Source of the DNA: a virus
Taxonomy: Duplodnaviria > Caudoviricetes
Reading direction: 5' to 3' (one strand)
IMG/VR virus record: IMGVR_UViG_3300045970_000924
Location: 1,749 to 65,748 of that record
Length of the DNA: 64,000 nucleotides
Both the position numbers and the translations under genes were made by a program. Numbering within the stretch: the stretch's first letter is position 1; each line of letters begins with the position of its first letter. This document shows, in pieces, positions 56,806 through 64,000 of the stretch. The notes under the pieces were generated by a model. It was not told the origin of the DNA, ran no database searches, and saw nothing but the letters and a program-made list of their open reading frames with translations.

Positions 56806-58374
56806 TGGGCCTCCGGTTCGGCAGCGTATGCAGTGGTATCGAGGCCGCCAGCGTGGCCTGGTCTCCGCTTGGATGGGAGGCCGCGTGGCTCGCGGAGATC
56901 GAACCGTTTCCCTCTCGGGTGCTCGCGCACCACTACCCCGAGGTGCCGAATCTCGGCGACATGACCACCATCGCCGCGCGCATCCTCGCGGGTGAGGTGG
57001 AGGCGCCCGACCTGCTCTGCGGCGGCACCCCTTGTCAGTCCTTTTCCGTCGCCGGGCTCCGCAAGGGGCTCGCAGACGAGCGCGGCAACCTCGCGCTCGA
57101 GTTCGTGAGGCTCGCAGATGCCATCGACCAGAAGCGCAGCGACCCAGCTTGGATTCTTTGGGAGAACGTCCCCGGAGTCCTCTCCAGCGCCGAGGGTCGC
57201 GACTTCGGATGCCTCTTGGCGGGCCTGGTCGGAGAGGATGCCCCACTCCTTCCGCCACGGGATGGGTGGACGGACGCGGGTGTGGTTGCTGGACCAACGC
57301 GAGTCGCTGCGTGGCGCATCCTCGATGCCCAATACTTCGGAGTGGCCCAGCGCCGCCGACGTGTCTTTGTGCTCGCTCGCGGAGGTGCTGGAGGTTGGGC
57401 CGCACCTGACGCGCTACTGCCTATCGGCCCGCGCCTGTCTCGGAATCCTCCGACGCGCGCAGAAGCGCGGCAAGGAGCTGCCCGAGGCGCTGCGGAACGC
57501 GCTGGAAGCGGCATCGAGGGGCTAGCGCATTCCCTGCGGGCGCGGGCGAACAGCGCGCACCGCGAGGATGCGGAGACTTACGTCCCTTGCATTTCTCCTG
57601 CGCTCAAGGCGCGCGACTGCAAGGGGCCATCAAGCGACGGCGACGGCGACGGCGCGACGCTCGTCGCTCAGCTCGTCAGCGGCAACCAAGGGGGGGGGGC
57701 AACCGTAGTTGGCTCGGCATCGAAGAGCCGCACCAGACCCTCACTCGCAACCACAAGCCCAACGCCATCGTCGCGCTGCCCGGAGATCGGGGGCGGCTTT
57801 GACGAACCGCTCGCCATCCAGGGCACGATGATCGGGCGCGGCGATACCGCGGGGCCGCAGGGCATGGGCGTGGGCGTGGGCGTGGGCGTGGGCGTTCAGT
57901 TCACACTCACAAAGACGGACGTTCACGCGGTGCTCGCCTTCGACCCACGCCAGGTCACCAGCAAGACCAACCGCAGCAATCCGCAGCCCGGTGACCCTGC
58001 GCCCACGCTTGCGACTACCCCCCCCCCTGATCGGGGGTTTCTTTGACGCTGCGCCTACGGCGTTCCATCTCACGCAAGACCCCATCTCTGAGACGGGGGG
58101 GGGCACGCCTGCGATGTCGGCGGGGAACCGGCAGGGCTGCGCAACGCTCGGAGTGATGCACCCCGGAGGCGGCTTTGACGCCCCTGCGGCGGCGGTCAGG
58201 CGGCTGACTCCCCGCGAGTGCGAGCGCCTTCAGGCGTTCCCCGACGATTACACGCTGATACCCGGCGCTGCGGATGGTCCGCGATACCGGGCGCTCGGCA
58301 ACTCGATGGCGGTGGTGGTTATGGCCTGGATTGGTCGGCGTATCGCTGCGGTCATCGCCTCGGAGGTCAAATGA
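56805..58374 (+). CDS. C5-cytosine DNA methyltransferase with modular TRDs; full length needs a +1 frame change at about 58041-58047
   Basis: Motifs I (SVCSGIEA), IV (GGTPCQSFS), VI (WENVPG) and VIII (QRRRRVF) lie in 56805..58046. Motifs IX/X (RRLTPRECERLQAFPDDYT, RYRALGNS) lie in the +1 frame ending 58374. Confidence 0.9.
57118..57525 (+). CDS. Overlapping +1-frame ORF resembling the M.EcoHK31I beta polypeptide N-terminal region
   Basis: GAGG 5' of ATG; SEWPSAADVSLCSLAEVLE...YCLSARACLGILRRAQKRGKELP; wholly nested in the MTase gene. Confidence 0.7.
   Translation: MPSTRSAATQLGFFGRTSPESSPAPRVATSDASWRAWSERMPHSFRHGMGGRTRVWLLDQRESLRGASSMPNTSEWPSAADVSLCSLAEVLEVGPHLTRYCLSARACLGILRRAQKRGKELPEALRNALEAASRG
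57789..57803 (+). other. prfB-type +1 frameshift cassette 1
   Basis: GGGGG CGG CTT TGA C. Confidence 0.75.
58033..58047 (+). other. prfB-type +1 frameshift cassette 2 (needed in the current allele)
   Basis: GGGGG TTT CTT TGA C; this TGA ends the 56805 ORF, and +1 leads into the motif IX/X frame. Confidence 0.8.
58165..58179 (+). other. prfB-type +1 frameshift cassette 3
   Basis: GGAGG CGG CTT TGA C. Confidence 0.75.
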
Positions 58375-58805
58375 CGTCCCTTCTCCCTGCCCACGCTCTC
58401 CCTGCTGAAGACCTCCCGTCCGAGGTCCGCTGCCCGCAGCGCCTCTACTCGATGATGGGGGCTGAGCGTTGCCTGGGCTGGCAGCGCGAGAACGGCTGTG
58501 GAAAGGCCTGCAGCGCGAAGGCAAGCCCGGTGGTGGTGAAGCTGGCGCGCTCGGGGCCACCGCCGGCGCGCCGCCGCGGCGAGGGCTACCTCGGCAAGAG
58601 CAACGAGCAGGTGCCCATCCTCCAGCGGATCCAGAAGCTCATGGATGAGGACCTCGAGATCGAGGCGATGCAGGAGCGGCTCGGACTGACGAAGGGCGAG
58701 CTCCGCGGCTTCATCGACAGGCTCACCGGGTCGTCAAAGGGGCGGACGAATCGCCGTGCATGGAGGCACCCCGTGCAGCTGGGCCTCTTCCGGAGGCGGG
58801 CGTGA
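58371..58805 (+). CDS. Hypothetical protein with a possible C-terminal HTH
   Basis: GGAGG RBS; ATGA coupling to the MTase stop at 58374. Confidence 0.6.
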   Translation: MTSLLPAHALPAEDLPSEVRCPQRLYSMMGAERCLGWQRENGCGKACSAKASPVVVKLARSGPPPARRRGEGYLGKSNEQVPILQRIQKLMDEDLEIEAMQERLGLTKGELRGFIDRLTGSSKGRTNRRAWRHPVQLGLFRRRA

Positions 58806-59881
58806 ACGAGACCCCGAGCAGCCGCGACCTGGCCGCGCGCTCCGATGGCTGTCGCGTGCTCGTCTGCATGGTGAAGGCCGGGCCCATCGCCGCGCAGAGG
58901 TGCGTGGAGCAGCAGGCAGAGGGCTGCTACTGCCCGCAGGGCGCCCGGGCGCTCAAGGGTGTGGAGCAGGCCGCCGCCGAGAACCTGACGCAGAGCCAGC
59001 GGGCGCAGCTCGTGGAGCTGAAGGCGAGGGCGGACGGGCTCACGCGCCAGTCCGCGGAGAGGCAGTTCGCAGGGCTCGCGCTGCGCGTGGAGAACGAGCG
59101 CCGGGCGAAGGGCCATCCGGCGACCACGCTTCCCGAGCCGGTGAAGCTGGCGCCGGTGGTGGTGCCGCCGAAGGTGCGGCCGCCCGCGCCCGCGCCTGCT
59201 GTCCAGACTTCGGGACTGTCGCTCGCGCCCGTGCAGCCAACGGCGCCTGCAGCCCCCGCGGCAGCGGCTCCAGCAGTCCCCGCACCCCCCGTGATCAAGC
59301 GCTTCTGCCTCTGCGGATGCGGCCGTGAGATCGCCTTCTTCAATCGCTCTGGCATCAGCGGCTACTGCAACCGAGGCAGCAAGGTCGCCAGCAAGGGGGA
59401 GGGCGGCCGCGCGCCGTGCCCGAAGTGCCAGCGGCCGGCGAACCCCTCTGGCTGGGTGCCGCACGCGAAGTTCAACGACGGCAAGACGCCGGTCTGCGGG
59501 CGGTGCGTCTACTCGCTCAACCACATCGGCGTGCCGAAGCCGGGGCCGATCGCTGCGGCGCCCGCACCTGCCGCCGCTCCCAGCCCCGCGCCCTTCGCCG
59601 AGCACCTCGACACGCTCCTCGTGACCTCCGAGGAGATGCGCGTCCTCCGCGCCACTAACGAGGCCCTGGCCTCCGCTGGGCTGCGCGCCAAGAGCGAGAT
59701 CGACAAGCTGCTCGCAGAAAACGCAGCCCTTCGTCTCCAGGTTGGTGCCTCCCCGTCTGAGGCTGGTCAGGATGACGAGATCGACACCATCCGAGCCCTA
59801 CTGAAGTCCATCGCGAAGCTGACGAGCGCAGGCCGTCTCTACCTCGCCGGGCGCATCGGCGAAGAGCGGAGGGTCGCTTGA
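58802..59881 (+). CDS. Pro-rich, Cys-cluster hypothetical protein
   Basis: GGAGG RBS; CLCGCG, CPKC motifs. Confidence 0.6.
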   Translation: MNETPSSRDLAARSDGCRVLVCMVKAGPIAAQRCVEQQAEGCYCPQGARALKGVEQAAAENLTQSQRAQLVELKARADGLTRQSAERQFAGLALRVENERRAKGHPATTLPEPVKLAPVVVPPKVRPPAPAPAVQTSGLSLAPVQPTAPAAPAAAAPAVPAPPVIKRFCLCGCGREIAFFNRSGISGYCNRGSKVASKGEGGRAPCPKCQRPANPSGWVPHAKFNDGKTPVCGRCVYSLNHIGVPKPGPIAAAPAPAAAPSPAPFAEHLDTLLVTSEEMRVLRATNEALASAGLRAKSEIDKLLAENAALRLQVGASPSEAGQDDEIDTIRALLKSIAKLTSAGRLYLAGRIGEERRVA

Positions 59882-60240
59882 GCTACGTCGGCAAGCACCC
59901 CGAGTGCATCCACTGCGCCCACGTAGCGCAGAACGTGGCGGGCATCTTCACGCACCACGAGCCGGGTATCGTTCACTGCGAGTTCCACCCGAGCCACAGG
60001 GAGACGGAAGCGCCGATCGAGGTGGCGCAGTGCCTCGCCTTCTTCGCGCACTACCTGAAGGTCGGCATCGAGGCTTCCCGGGGCCGCGGGTTCGACATCG
60101 ACGATGCCGCGCGCGATGAGGCGCGCCGCTGGATGGAGGAGCCGCACGGGCTCTTCGCGTTCGCCTGCGAGCTGTTCGACGTGGACGCGCAGCGCCTGCT
60201 GGAGCAGGAGCGCCGCCGGTGGCGCAGGAGGGCGGCGTGA
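59878..60240 (+). CDS. Hypothetical protein
   Basis: Coupled; EARRWM...FAFACELFDVD motif. Confidence 0.55.
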   Translation: MSYVGKHPECIHCAHVAQNVAGIFTHHEPGIVHCEFHPSHRETEAPIEVAQCLAFFAHYLKVGIEASRGRGFDIDDAARDEARRWMEEPHGLFAFACELFDVDAQRLLEQERRRWRRRAA

Positions 60241-60533
60241 CGCGCCCCCTCTCCGCCGAGCGGCAGGCCCAACGTGCCGTCGAACTCGAAGTGGTTCGCC
60301 GTTGTCTGGAGTGCGGCCGCCTGCATGATCAGGCGGTGCGGAGCCGCGTGCTGCGCCGACTGCTCCCCTCCTCCGCGCAGGGGATCCGGGAGGCGCTCAG
60401 CGAAGGCTGGCCCTGCTTCTACGGCGAGACGCTCGGCAACAACGCTGGCGCCCGCCGGTTGCAGCGGGACCTTCACTCGATGGGCGCTGTGGTCGTGGGG
60501 CTGGGAAACGCCGCGATGTGGAGCCTCCGATGA
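60237..60533 (+). CDS. Hypothetical protein
   Basis: Coupled GTGA overlap. Confidence 0.5.
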   Translation: MTRPLSAERQAQRAVELEVVRRCLECGRLHDQAVRSRVLRRLLPSSAQGIREALSEGWPCFYGETLGNNAGARRLQRDLHSMGAVVVGLGNAAMWSLR

Positions 60534-61567
60534 TCGGTCCATTCGCAGCACGCGATTGCGTCGTCTGCGCCAACGTCTTTGCGCCGCCCAAGGGCAACAG
60601 CTCCGCTGATGCCGCCCGGCGCACGACTTGTTCGCGCAAGTGCACCTACGCCGCCAAGGCCCGCGGGCTCTATCTGCCGCGTCCCGAACCCACGCAAGGT
60701 CAGGCGGCACACCGCCCTTGGTCGGCGAGCGAGTTGGATCGCCTGCGGGCCGTCTACCGGCACGAGGCCACGCCCTTCATCACCATCAAGCAATTGGCCG
60801 AGGAACTCGGCAGGGAAGAGGGGAACCTTTCGCGCAAGGCGCGCGAACTCGGGCTGGCCAATCCCCACCGCAAGAGGGTCGAGAAGCGCGTCGTGCAGGA
60901 GCGGAAGTTCGCCACCGACGATGAGCGCCGCGAGTGGCAGTCCCAGGATGCCAAGCGACGTATCGCGGACCTTGGCCACCCTCGCGGGATGGCAGGAAAG
61001 CACCACCCCGAATCTGCCAAGGCTCGGATCTCCGCCGCCAGCCGCGCGCGGTGGGCCGATCCGGCGTCCCGCGAGAACTCCGACGAAGTGCGACAGGCGA
61101 TGTCCGACAACATGCAGAGGCGCGTCCTAACTGATCCCCGGCTCCGCCATGGGTACTCACGCTCGGCGGGCGGCCGTCGCGCCGACCTCGACAACGCCTA
61201 CTTTCGTTCTTCGTGGGAGGCGAACTACGCCCGCTATCTCCGCTTCCTCGTGGGCCAGTCGCAGATCCGCGCGTGGGAGTATGAACCGCATACCTTCTAC
61301 TTCGAGTCCATCAAGCGCGGGACCCGCTCTTACACACCCGACTTCAGGGTGACGCTGCCCGATGGCCGCGTGGAGTGGCACGAGGTCAAGGGCTGGATGG
61401 ACGACAAGAGCCGCGTCCGGCTCGCTCGCATGGCGAAGTTCTACCCGGCCGAGAAGATTGTCCTGATCGACGAGAAGTGGTTTCGCAGCGCCAACCGCGG
61501 TGGTCTCGCTGCAGTGATCCCCGGCTGGGAGAAGAAGCGCCGTGCCGAATCGACGGTTCTCCCTTGA
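60530..61567 (+). CDS. PD-(D/E)xK endonuclease with zinc-finger and NUMOD3-like segments
   Basis: FRSSWEANYARYL, WEYEP, YTPDF, HEVKGW; GKHHPESAKARIS. Confidence 0.8.
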   Translation: MIGPFAARDCVVCANVFAPPKGNSSADAARRTTCSRKCTYAAKARGLYLPRPEPTQGQAAHRPWSASELDRLRAVYRHEATPFITIKQLAEELGREEGNLSRKARELGLANPHRKRVEKRVVQERKFATDDERREWQSQDAKRRIADLGHPRGMAGKHHPESAKARISAASRARWADPASRENSDEVRQAMSDNMQRRVLTDPRLRHGYSRSAGGRRADLDNAYFRSSWEANYARYLRFLVGQSQIRAWEYEPHTFYFESIKRGTRSYTPDFRVTLPDGRVEWHEVKGWMDDKSRVRLARMAKFYPAEKIVLIDEKWFRSANRGGLAAVIPGWEKKRRAESTVLP

Positions 61568-61790
61568 CCGCCTACGCCCCCGACGAGCCCAGCACGGGCC
61601 GGAGCTACGCGTGGTGCGACAAGCCCCCGGCAGGGACCCGGAAGCCCAGCCCCAAGCACGCTGACGAGGTGGACGCAGCCTGGGTCCTGGACTTCCTCGG
61701 GCAGCCCGGCTGCAACAAGCCCTGCTGCGGACGCCTGCTGGGCTTCAAGATCGGCGCCGGCGGGTTCCGCCTCGTCACGGTGGGCCGCCC

Positions 61791-62018
61791 GTGAGAGCCC
61801 TCGGGAAGAACACCGCCCGGCGCTGTGAAGAGGGCCAGGGCAAGAGGTGCAGGTGTCGCTGCCGGGGCGCTCGTCATGGGGCCAACCGCGGCGACGTCGC
61901 TGCCCTCGCGCCTTGGGACGTTCATTCGCCGCAGAACCGCGCTGAGCCGGCGCAGCTCGTCCTCTTCGACCGGCCCACCAAGACCCGCACCACGATCAGC
62001 GCCAGCAAGGAGGGATGA
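61791..62018 (+). CDS. Small Cys-rich protein
   Basis: CEEGQGKRCRCRCRGARHG motif. Confidence 0.55.
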   Translation: MRALGKNTARRCEEGQGKRCRCRCRGARHGANRGDVAALAPWDVHSPQNRAEPAQLVLFDRPTKTRTTISASKEG

Positions 62019-63028
62019 CGATGCCCCCGCGAGAGATGTGGCTCAAGCTGGCCGTCGAAGTCGCCGACGACCCTAAGTTGCTCGCCCTGCCCGAGGCCGA
62101 GCGGTGGCTTTGGATCTGCCTGCTCTGCCTCGCCAAGCGGCGCGAGAGCGCGACCCTCACCGGCTACACCGCCAAGATGTTGGTGCAGGTGTTCGCGCTC
62201 ACCATCAAGGTGCCGCGGGCGCAGGCCGCGCTCGAGCACTTCGAGCGGCAGGGGATGGTGCGCCTCTACCCCGACGGCACCATCGAGATCGCGAAGTGGG
62301 AGGAGCGCCAAGCCATCGCTAAGGACTCGCCCGAGGCCGTGCGGGAGCGCCAGCAAGCATGGAGAGCGAGGGAGCGCGCCAAGAAGGAAGAGGCGCAGCG
62401 TAACGGGTCAGACCAAGGGCGGAGTAACGGGTCCGTAACGGGTCCCCTGTCCGTTACGGAGCGTGACGGCGTAACGCAGACGAGACGTAGAGGAGAAGAG
62501 ACGAGAGGAGAAGAGAAGAACACCCTCGCGTCGGCAGCGGCCGAAAGACCGGCCGTGCCGCCGGTCGCCTCGGTGCCCGTCGTCCCGATTGCCGACCTCG
62601 AGGCCGACTGGCCACCCGACTTGGTCAAGCGGGTCCGCGAGGCGGTCACTTCGACCCGCAAGGGCGGCACGATGGCCGAGGGCCCGTGGCGCGCCTTCCT
62701 GCTCTCGGCCAAGCAGTATCCGAAGGCCCAACGCGAGGCGGCGGCGAGCGAGTATCTCGACCGGGCTTACGCCGCAGAGGGCAAGCCCGAGGAGTACCTG
62801 CTCGGGATGATCCGCCGGGGCGCGGGGAAGACCGCGCCGATGCAGCAGCAACTCGGACCGCGGCCAGTCCGCCCAAACGCCCCCGTTCCCGCCAGCACCC
62901 GCGAGGCGCACCTGCTCGACGCCATCGAGGCAGAGCGAAAGAAGCGCGGTGACGCCCTCCCCACCGAACGCGAGACCTACCTGCTCGAGCAGCTCGACGC
63001 CGAGCGCAAGAAGCGAGGTGCAGCATGA
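62015..63028 (+). CDS. Phage replication initiator (replisome organizer type)
   Basis: WLKL...DDPKL...WICLLCLA, I.KWEERQ, RERQQAWR; internal iterons; precedes a DnaC-like gene. Confidence 0.8.
   Translation: MTMPPREMWLKLAVEVADDPKLLALPEAERWLWICLLCLAKRRESATLTGYTAKMLVQVFALTIKVPRAQAALEHFERQGMVRLYPDGTIEIAKWEERQAIAKDSPEAVRERQQAWRARERAKKEEAQRNGSDQGRSNGSVTGPLSVTERDGVTQTRRRGEETRGEEKNTLASAAAERPAVPPVASVPVVPIADLEADWPPDLVKRVREAVTSTRKGGTMAEGPWRAFLLSAKQYPKAQREAAASEYLDRAYAAEGKPEEYLLGMIRRGAGKTAPMQQQLGPRPVRPNAPVPASTREAHLLDAIEAERKKRGDALPTERETYLLEQLDAERKKRGAA
62400..62520. repeat. Putative replication origin iterons
   Basis: GTAACGGGTC at 62400, 62424 and 62435; inverted CCGTTAC at 62451; further GTGACG/GTAACG; then a purine-only-rich tract. 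Confidence 0.7.
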
Positions 63029-63852
63029 GCAAGGACCCCGACCTGACCCCGAGCGAAGACCCTACCGGCGAGCGCGCGGACCGCGAGCAACTGCAGCGCG
63101 CCCATGACGCCGGGACCCGCGATGGAGGCCCCGCCATGGTCGGCTCGATGCTCGCTGGCCTCGCCAACGCTCGAGCGGCATGGGAGCGGCGGCGCGCCTC
63201 GGTGATCGAGTCCAGTTGCCCGAACTGCGCGATCGACTCCGCCGCGGCGAAGGTCTGCACTTTCCGCGGCCACGACTTCTGCCGCCACCTCGTCGAACTC
63301 GAGGCCCGCGGCCGCGCCAAGGCCCGTCACGCCAACCTGGTCAAGAGCAAGGCCCTGCTGAAGCCGGAGGACTTCGGGATGGTGGTCTCCGGCCGCTACA
63401 ACGTCACGGCCGCGGTCGCCGCTGCCAAGCGCATCGCCGCTGAAGAGGGCCGACTCGCGATCCTGGCGGGCAACGCGGGGGGCGGAAAGAGTCTCGGCAT
63501 GGCGGTAGCCCTCTCGGAGCGCGGAGGGTTCTTCGTAGCGGCCAGCGACCTCGACCCGTTCGGCAAGGAGGTCAACGAACTGATGGCCCATTGCTCCACC
63601 GTGGGCCTGCTCGGCATCGACGACGCCGGGGCCGGGCGCAGCGCCAGCGACGTTGCTCGAGGCCGGGTGGAGCAACTCGTCTGCCAGCGGTGGGACGCCG
63701 GCAAGGCCACGATCGTCACGACCAACAGCACCCGAGCCGAGTTCTGGGCTCTCTACGGCGGCCCGCTCGGGCGCGTGGCGGACCGTCTCAACTCCGACCC
63801 CGTGGGCTGGGTGGACTGCATCGAGGAGAGCTACCGGACCATCCCTCAGTAG
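63025..63852 (+). CDS. DnaC/IstB-like AAA+ helicase loader
   Basis: GNAGGGKS, LLGIDDAG, TIVTTN, RVADRL. Confidence 0.85.
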   Translation: MSKDPDLTPSEDPTGERADREQLQRAHDAGTRDGGPAMVGSMLAGLANARAAWERRRASVIESSCPNCAIDSAAAKVCTFRGHDFCRHLVELEARGRAKARHANLVKSKALLKPEDFGMVVSGRYNVTAAVAAAKRIAAEEGRLAILAGNAGGGKSLGMAVALSERGGFFVAASDLDPFGKEVNELMAHCSTVGLLGIDDAGAGRSASDVARGRVEQLVCQRWDAGKATIVTTNSTRAEFWALYGGPLGRVADRLNSDPVGWVDCIEESYRTIPQ

Positions 63853-64000
63853 CCCGGACACGTTCAACGTCCGCCCCTGTCCACCCTCGCCGCCAACCTC
63901 CTCCACCCTCCTCACCACGAGGTGCAAAGTGAAGACGATTCGCGCAGATAACCCCCGGACGTCCGCCGTGTCCGCATCGCGTCCGCCCGCGTCCACCCAG

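Larger units (their letters stand above)
57690..58103 (+). repeat. Cluster of simple sequence repeats: G10 (57690-57699), (GGCGTG)4 (57867-57890), C10 (58018-58027), G9 (58095-58103)
   Basis: Counted directly from the sequence. Confidence 0.95.

Noticed and set aside
58018-58027. MTase as a simple pseudogene or homopolymer sequencing error at C10
   Set aside because: It cannot be excluded for this one tract. It does not explain three prfB-like cassettes with the same spacing and the same frame relationship to three separate tracts.

Overview
This GC-rich window is most of a temperate, contractile-tailed (myovirus-like) phage genome in its unintegrated form: an intact attP (3' half of tRNA-Thr(CGT) plus arm repeats) has phage genes on both sides. 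Order: packaging genes with a complete phage-encoded tmRNA, portal, MuF with a C-terminal HExxH domain, head/neck/tail/baseplate genes, lysis genes, an auxiliary fibre module, a leftward accessory operon, attP-int-xis, the early-left arm, an ImmA-cI-cro-cII switch, and the early-right arm with two methyltransferases and replication genes. A myxobacterial-type host is plausible but is inference only. The standout is the C5-cytosine methyltransferase at 56805-58374. Its variable (target-recognition) region has three homopolymer tracts (G10, C10, G9), each followed by an exact prfB/RF2-type +1 frameshift cassette (SD-like GGGGG or GGAGG, 3 nt, CTT TGA C). Each cassette is placed to restore the reading frame after a 1-nt tract expansion, suggesting module-by-module phase variation of specificity with ribosomal frame rescue. 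The same gene holds an overlapping EcoHK31I-beta-like ORF. Also notable is the tmRNA's unusually long 33-aa tag. All family assignments come from motif recognition and gene order, not database searches.
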